A DNA stretch of 64,000 nt from an uncultured Candidatus Sumerlaeota bacterium (GTDB taxonomy: Bacteria > Sumerlaeota > Sumerlaeia > SLMS01 > JAHLLQ01), in assembly GCA_964580585.1 (NCBI GenBank), contig CAZOKZ010000013.1:52-64051 (forward strand), read 5' to 3'. Below the pieces are notes generated by a model that was not told where the DNA came from, made no database searches, and saw nothing but the letters and a program-made list of their open reading frames with translations. Position numbers and translations under genes: made by a program. Shown here piece by piece: positions 60,094-64,000 of the stretch. Every line of letters begins with the position of its first letter. Position 1 is the stretch's first letter.

Positions 60094-60918
60094 ATGCGCC
60101 AGCGAATTATTACCGCCTCCATATTGCTCGCTGTGGTCGGGCTGGGTTTTGCTTTTCAACCCCTCGGTTGGATTCCCCTTCTGCTGTTGATCGTGTTTGG
60201 GGTGATTTGCGTAGGGGAACTGGCCAAGATGTATCGCCAGGAGGGGATGCATATTGCTCGGCGCGTGGCGATGGTATTGGTGGGTGTGATGGGTCTGGCG
60301 GCGTGGATGGGGCGCATGGATTTAGTGCCGCACCTGATTGGGGTGGGCGTGGGGCTGGCGTTTTTCTGGAGGATGCGCGCGGGCGAAATCGTGGGTTCGT
60401 GGCGCGACGTGGCCGCTACCATCGCGGCGGGCGTTTATGTGGGTTTGCCGGTGGCGATGATGATCGAATTGTTCACCGCCGGGCGAGCTGGCCGCGGGTG
60501 GTTGTTGATCATGCTGCTGATCATCTGGGCAACGGACAGCATGGCATTGTTCGCCGGGAAGAATTTTGGAACGGTGAAAATTTTCCCGCGGATCAGCCCC
60601 GGCAAAACATGGCAGGGCTCGATTGGCGGGGTGTTTGGGTCGATGTTGCCTGCGTTTGTGGCGCGTGGGTGTTTCCCTCGTATTTTCAACGAGGTCGGCG
60701 ATATTGAATTGGTGGCGGTTTGCCTTGTGACGGGTGTGTTGACGCAAACAGGCGACTTGGCCGAGTCGCTTCTCAAGCGCGATGCGGGCGTTAAAGACAG
60801 CGGCAATTGGCTGGCGGGACACGGTGGCGCGCTCGACCGCTTGGATTCCATTTTGTTCGTCACGGTCCCCTTTAGTTTATATTTGCGGGTGATGCACCCG
60901 GATGTGTTCGGCGGCTGA
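60094..60918 (+). CDS. cdsA: phosphatidate cytidylyltransferase (CDP-diglyceride synthase)
   Basis: MRQRIITASILLAVVGL N-terminus. C-terminal signature (KRDAGVKDSGNWLAGHGGALDRLDS). Confidence 0.8.
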   Translation: MRQRIITASILLAVVGLGFAFQPLGWIPLLLLIVFGVICVGELAKMYRQEGMHIARRVAMVLVGVMGLAAWMGRMDLVPHLIGVGVGLAFFWRMRAGEIVGSWRDVAATIAAGVYVGLPVAMMIELFTAGRAGRGWLLIMLLIIWATDSMALFAGKNFGTVKIFPRISPGKTWQGSIGGVFGSMLPAFVARGCFPRIFNEVGDIELVAVCLVTGVLTQTGDLAESLLKRDAGVKDSGNWLAGHGGALDRLDSILFVTVPFSLYLRVMHPDVFGG

Positions 60919-60946
60919 CTCGCTGCCATTTCTCCGAAGGTTTTGC

Positions 60947-62266
60947 ATGAAAACCAAAAAAACCATTTCGACGCTTGTTGCGATTTTGATCAGCCTGGTG
61001 TTTTTGTGGCTCGCGTTCAAGAACATCGATTTTAAGCAGTTGATGGAAATGTTCAAAACCATCAATTGGTTTTGGACAATTCCGTTTTGCGTGGTGACGT
61101 GGATAACGTTTGTCTGGCGCGCGTTGAGGTGGGAAGTTTTTCTGAAACCGATTCGTACCGTGCCGATGCGCGAATGTTTTGGCCCGATGATGGTGGGGTT
61201 TGCGTTCAATTCGATTTTCCCGGCGCGCGCGGGGGAATTCGCCCGGCCGCTGGCGCTGACCAAGCAAACGAAGATTCCCTACACGAGCGGATTTTCCACC
61301 GTGGTGCTCGAACGCGTGTGCGATATGCTGGCGTTGCTCGGGCTCTTTGCGTTGATGCCGTTGTTGATCGATTTCGAGGACGGTTTTTCGCGCCATTACA
61401 GCACGGTAAAACACGTCGAGGGCAGCGATCTGGCGGTTTATTTGAAAGCGGCGACGATCGTGATGGCGCTGGGAATTTTAATCGTCGGGGCGGTCTGGTA
61501 TCTGCGCCAGCGTCAACGTATGGAAGACGCGCCGTACTTGAATGCGGAACGCACACGTAAATTAACCATCATTGCTGCAACGGTGTTGGCGTTACTGACA
61601 GCGGCGGGGTATTTTTTGATTTATTCTCACGTTGATGTGGAAAAGACATACACGTTTGGCAAAGAATTCAACATCACGCCTTCGTTGTTGAACGAAATCA
61701 TGGGCAAGGTATCATTCTTTGTTTTGTTTTTGATCGCCGGATCGGTGGCGATGATTTCAAAACGCGTCCAGGACTTGTTCCTGAAGATTGTGCATTGGAT
61801 GCCGTTGATTCCCAGCGCCATTAAGCACAAAATCGATGCGTTGTTTCGTTCCTTCGCCGTGGGTTTCGTGGCATTGCGCGAACCGAAATTGCTGGTTCAA
61901 ATTGTTTTCCATACGATTGGTATTTGGGTGGGAACGGCGGCGACGTTCTGGATCATGTCTCTTGGCGTGCCGGGGATCGAGATGTCGTTGCCGATTTCGA
62001 TCGTATATTTGGTCATCACATGTGTGGTGATTACGATTCCCGCGGCTCCGGGGTATTGGGGGTTGTATGAAATTGGTGGACTGATGGGATTGGTTATTTG
62101 CCAAGTCGTGCCAGACGACGCGTCGGGCTATGCGTTGGCCGTGGGATACACGTTGCTGGTTCACTTCATGCAATGGGCGCTGGTGACAGTGATCGGGCTT
62201 TATTACGCGGGCAAAATCCACGTGTCGGTGAGCGAATCCGAAGCGGCGAAGGAATTGGTGGAGTAA
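60947..62266 (+). CDS. flippase-like (UPF0104 / lysyl-PG-synthase TM-region-like) membrane protein
   Basis: Start at ATG 60947 (MKTKKTISTLVAILISLVFLWLAF). Eight or more TM helices. Confidence 0.55.
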   Translation: MKTKKTISTLVAILISLVFLWLAFKNIDFKQLMEMFKTINWFWTIPFCVVTWITFVWRALRWEVFLKPIRTVPMRECFGPMMVGFAFNSIFPARAGEFARPLALTKQTKIPYTSGFSTVVLERVCDMLALLGLFALMPLLIDFEDGFSRHYSTVKHVEGSDLAVYLKAATIVMALGILIVGAVWYLRQRQRMEDAPYLNAERTRKLTIIAATVLALLTAAGYFLIYSHVDVEKTYTFGKEFNITPSLLNEIMGKVSFFVLFLIAGSVAMISKRVQDLFLKIVHWMPLIPSAIKHKIDALFRSFAVGFVALREPKLLVQIVFHTIGIWVGTAATFWIMSLGVPGIEMSLPISIVYLVITCVVITIPAAPGYWGLYEIGGLMGLVICQVVPDDASGYALAVGYTLLVHFMQWALVTVIGLYYAGKIHVSVSESEAAKELVE

Positions 62267-62443
62267 AAGTTAGAAAAGGATGAAGACGGAAGGATGATGG
62301 ATGACTCGTCCGCCGAAGCCTTTGGCGAAGATGGAAGTGGGGTTGACGCGTGTTCGACGTCTGCGGTTGGGTTTGCGCGTTCGTTGATAAACTTCTTTTG
62401 AATTATCCCGTTGGATTTTAAATAGCGAGAGAGAGACTGACCT

Positions 62444-62902
62444 ATGATTCACGACGTTAAAACCCGAAAACTTTCTGTGCACTGCGACGAGCGGGGGCGG
62501 TTGATGGAAATGCTGCGCCGCGACGACCCTGAAATGGACGTGACGTTCGGCCAGGTCTATATGACGACCGCTTACCCGGGTGTGACGAAAGCGTGGCACT
62601 ATCACAAACACCAGACCGATCACTTTGTTTGCGTGCGCGGCATGATGAAGGTCGTGCTCTACGACGCACGCGAGGATTCGCCGACCAAGGGCGAAATCAA
62701 TGTGTTCGTGATCGGCGAGCACAACCCGATGATCGTCGAAATTCCGGCGTTGGTGTACCATGGCTTCAAATGCGTGAGCGATTACGAGGCCACGGTGGTG
62801 AACATCACGACGAACACGTATGATTATAAAAACCCGGACGAGTACCGCGTGGACCCGCACAGCGGCGAAATCCCGTATGACTGGTCGCGCAAAGACGGGT
62901 GA
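62444..62902 (+). CDS. RmlC-like cupin (dTDP-sugar 3,5-epimerase / 3,4-ketoisomerase family)
   Basis: 152 aa with 'WHYHKHQTDHFVCVRGMMKVVLYD' cupin motifs. Confidence 0.6.
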   Translation: MIHDVKTRKLSVHCDERGRLMEMLRRDDPEMDVTFGQVYMTTAYPGVTKAWHYHKHQTDHFVCVRGMMKVVLYDAREDSPTKGEINVFVIGEHNPMIVEIPALVYHGFKCVSDYEATVVNITTNTYDYKNPDEYRVDPHSGEIPYDWSRKDG

Positions 62903-63081
62903 GGGAAGAAAGGCGAAATTCGAAAGGATGAAGGATGAAATGGCCGGAGAGTATTGGCTGGTTGATCGTGATCGTGATAAAAAAATGGTCGCTTTTCCGG
63001 TGTGCAGATTCTTTCGCCTTCATCCTTTCTCCTTTCGCTTTAAATTCATCCCTCCGCCTTCATCCCTCATCCTTCTTCGCC
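62903..63081. repeat. structured octamer-arm repeat family (GGATGAAG flavour)
   Basis: GGGAAGAAAGGCGAAATTCGAAAGGATGAAGGATGAAATGG ... TCTTTCGCCTTCATCCTTTCTCCTTTCGC ... TTCATCCCTCCGCCTTCATCCCTCATCCTTCTTCGCC. Contains the GCAGATTCTTTCGCC linker. Confidence 0.6.
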
Positions 63082-63166
63082 TGCTCTTTTCCTTGCCCTA
63101 ATGATTTGCACGGGCGTTTAATGACGGTGTGTTGACACCGTTTCCGGGAGCCGCGACGCCACCGTT

Positions 63167-64000
63167 ATGAGCCACCGTTTCGAGTCTTACCGTTTTCAGT
63201 TCGAGATGCTGATGGTCCTGGCCGAAGAAGGCCGCCAGGAAGAGTGCGACGAACTGTTCCACAAGCTGCTGCATCATAGCATCGAGGTGTTCGAGCCGTT
63301 GGTGGACTTTACCATCGAGCAGCCGAACCATCCGCGCATTGCGATTCTGCTCAAGCTGCTGGGCAAGATCGGCGATGTGCGTACGGCTCCGATTTTGCAG
63401 CGATTCCTGGAAATCGACGTGAAGGAACTGCGTGTGCAGGCGGCTATCGGGCTCGGGTGGTTGCGGGCGCGGGCGGGGCTGGAAATGCTCGACCAACTGG
63501 AGGGCAACGATCCCGAGGAAGAGGTGCGCAAGGAAGCGCGGATTGCGATCGAGGAGATTCTGCGCGATTTTCCGCTGTTGCGCCCGATGCTGAAGTATCA
63601 CGAACGGGTGGCGATCAAGCGCGAAACCATCAAGCCCGACAGTCAGACCGACATTGCACGCTCGACACCGGTCGGGGGCGAGGATCGCAAGCGATTGGTG
63701 GGGATGATGCCGCGGTTGCTGGCGATGAAACACCGTGCTGTGCCGCTTGGAATCGGGCCGGGTGGGGTGGTCAGCGTTGCGGTGCGCGCGGATCTGGAGG
63801 AAGACCCAACGGAACTGCTTCGGACGTTGCTGGGGCGCGAGGTACAGCTTCATGGGTGGCCATTGCCGAAAATTTACGAGCGTATTTTGACGTTTTACAA
63901 GTGGGGCGATGACGATTGGGTGCAGTTTGGCGAGTACATGACGGACCCGGCGCGCGAGGAAATCGCGTCGATTGTGCTGGGCAACATTGTGCCGAGCGAT
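63167..64000 (+). CDS. HEAT-repeat / T2SS-E N-terminal-like (MshEN-like) domain protein, 3' partial
   Basis: Absent from the supplied track because it has no stop before the window edge. Manual translation from ATG 63167 gives MSHRFESYRFQFEMLMVLAEEG... with HEAT-like repeats and a GspE_N-like segment (LAMKHRAVPLGIGPGGVVSVAVRADLEEDPTELLRTLLGREVQLHGWPL). Good high-GC codon usage. Confidence 0.55.
   Translation, partial: MSHRFESYRFQFEMLMVLAEEGRQEECDELFHKLLHHSIEVFEPLVDFTIEQPNHPRIAILLKLLGKIGDVRTAPILQRFLEIDVKELRVQAAIGLGWLRARAGLEMLDQLEGNDPEEEVRKEARIAIEEILRDFPLLRPMLKYHERVAIKRETIKPDSQTDIARSTPVGGEDRKRLVGMMPRLLAMKHRAVPLGIGPGGVVSVAVRADLEEDPTELLRTLLGREVQLHGWPLPKIYERILTFYKWGDDDWVQFGEYMTDPAREEIASIVLGNIVPSD

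Noticed and set aside
63098-63853. 251-aa ORF on minus strand listed in track
   Set aside because: Antisense to a + strand ORF (63167..>64000) that encodes recognisable HEAT / GspE_N-like domains with good codon usage. The minus-strand product is His/Arg/Gln-rich with no motif.

Overview
This 64 kb window is a high-GC (~60%) bacterial chromosome segment. The gene content looks Planctomycetota-like, which is an inference from prepilin-type N-terminal 'GFTLIELMVV' proteins, an ECF sigma factor with a fused transmembrane extension, RNase Y and a two-domain PPK2. I call about 53 protein genes.

Housekeeping genes identified:
- an RND efflux pump (5' partial), two-domain PPK2, moaC, glgB, rny, asnB-like with a GT1, dnaN, the rpmH-rnpA-yidD cluster, eno, resB/ccsA (cytochrome c biogenesis system II), cdsA, mlaE and an rlmI-like methyltransferase;
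- a GT2 / FHA-sigma54 activator / LarA-like operon.

Three things stand out.

1. A dispersed family of structured intergenic repeats. Their hairpin arms are built from tandem ~8-nt units (CACAGAGG, CACGAAGG, CGCAGAGG, GGATGAAG or GGATGAGG 'flavours') with compensatory changes on the partner arm. I found at least 8 copies, all with the purine-rich arm first on the + strand.
   - Two copies (14874-14998 and 15979-16256) are homologous MITE-like elements with ~20-45 nt terminal inverted repeats.
   - One copy (49591-50030) carries, exactly between its arms, a GxxExxY (small PD-(D/E)xK-like) gene with an in-frame TAA.

2. A low-GC (~45%) two-gene cassette at 18725-20487. It pairs an ABC/AAA_21-type ATPase with a ~200-aa DUF4276-like (TOPRIM-like?) partner, coupled through a GTGA overlap and preceded by a perfect 16-bp palindrome. 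The architecture resembles split OLD/PARIS/AbiL-type phage-defence systems.

3. A second low-GC islet at 43379-45795, immediately upstream of rpmH. It contains a 423-aa orphan ORF (~40% GC) and two small ORFs.

Other notable points:
- a 701-aa secreted protein with strong codon bias, a long AT-rich leader and strong terminator (candidate major surface protein);
- three VOC-fold genes, one fused to a membrane-anchored zinc ribbon; an orphan HicB-like gene;
- an AT-rich direct-repeat tract 3' of yidD; dnaN and rpmH-rnpA present but no dnaA or yidC;
- a duplicated 5' fragment of the TlpA-like gene at its 3' end.

I found no tRNA, rRNA or CRISPR.
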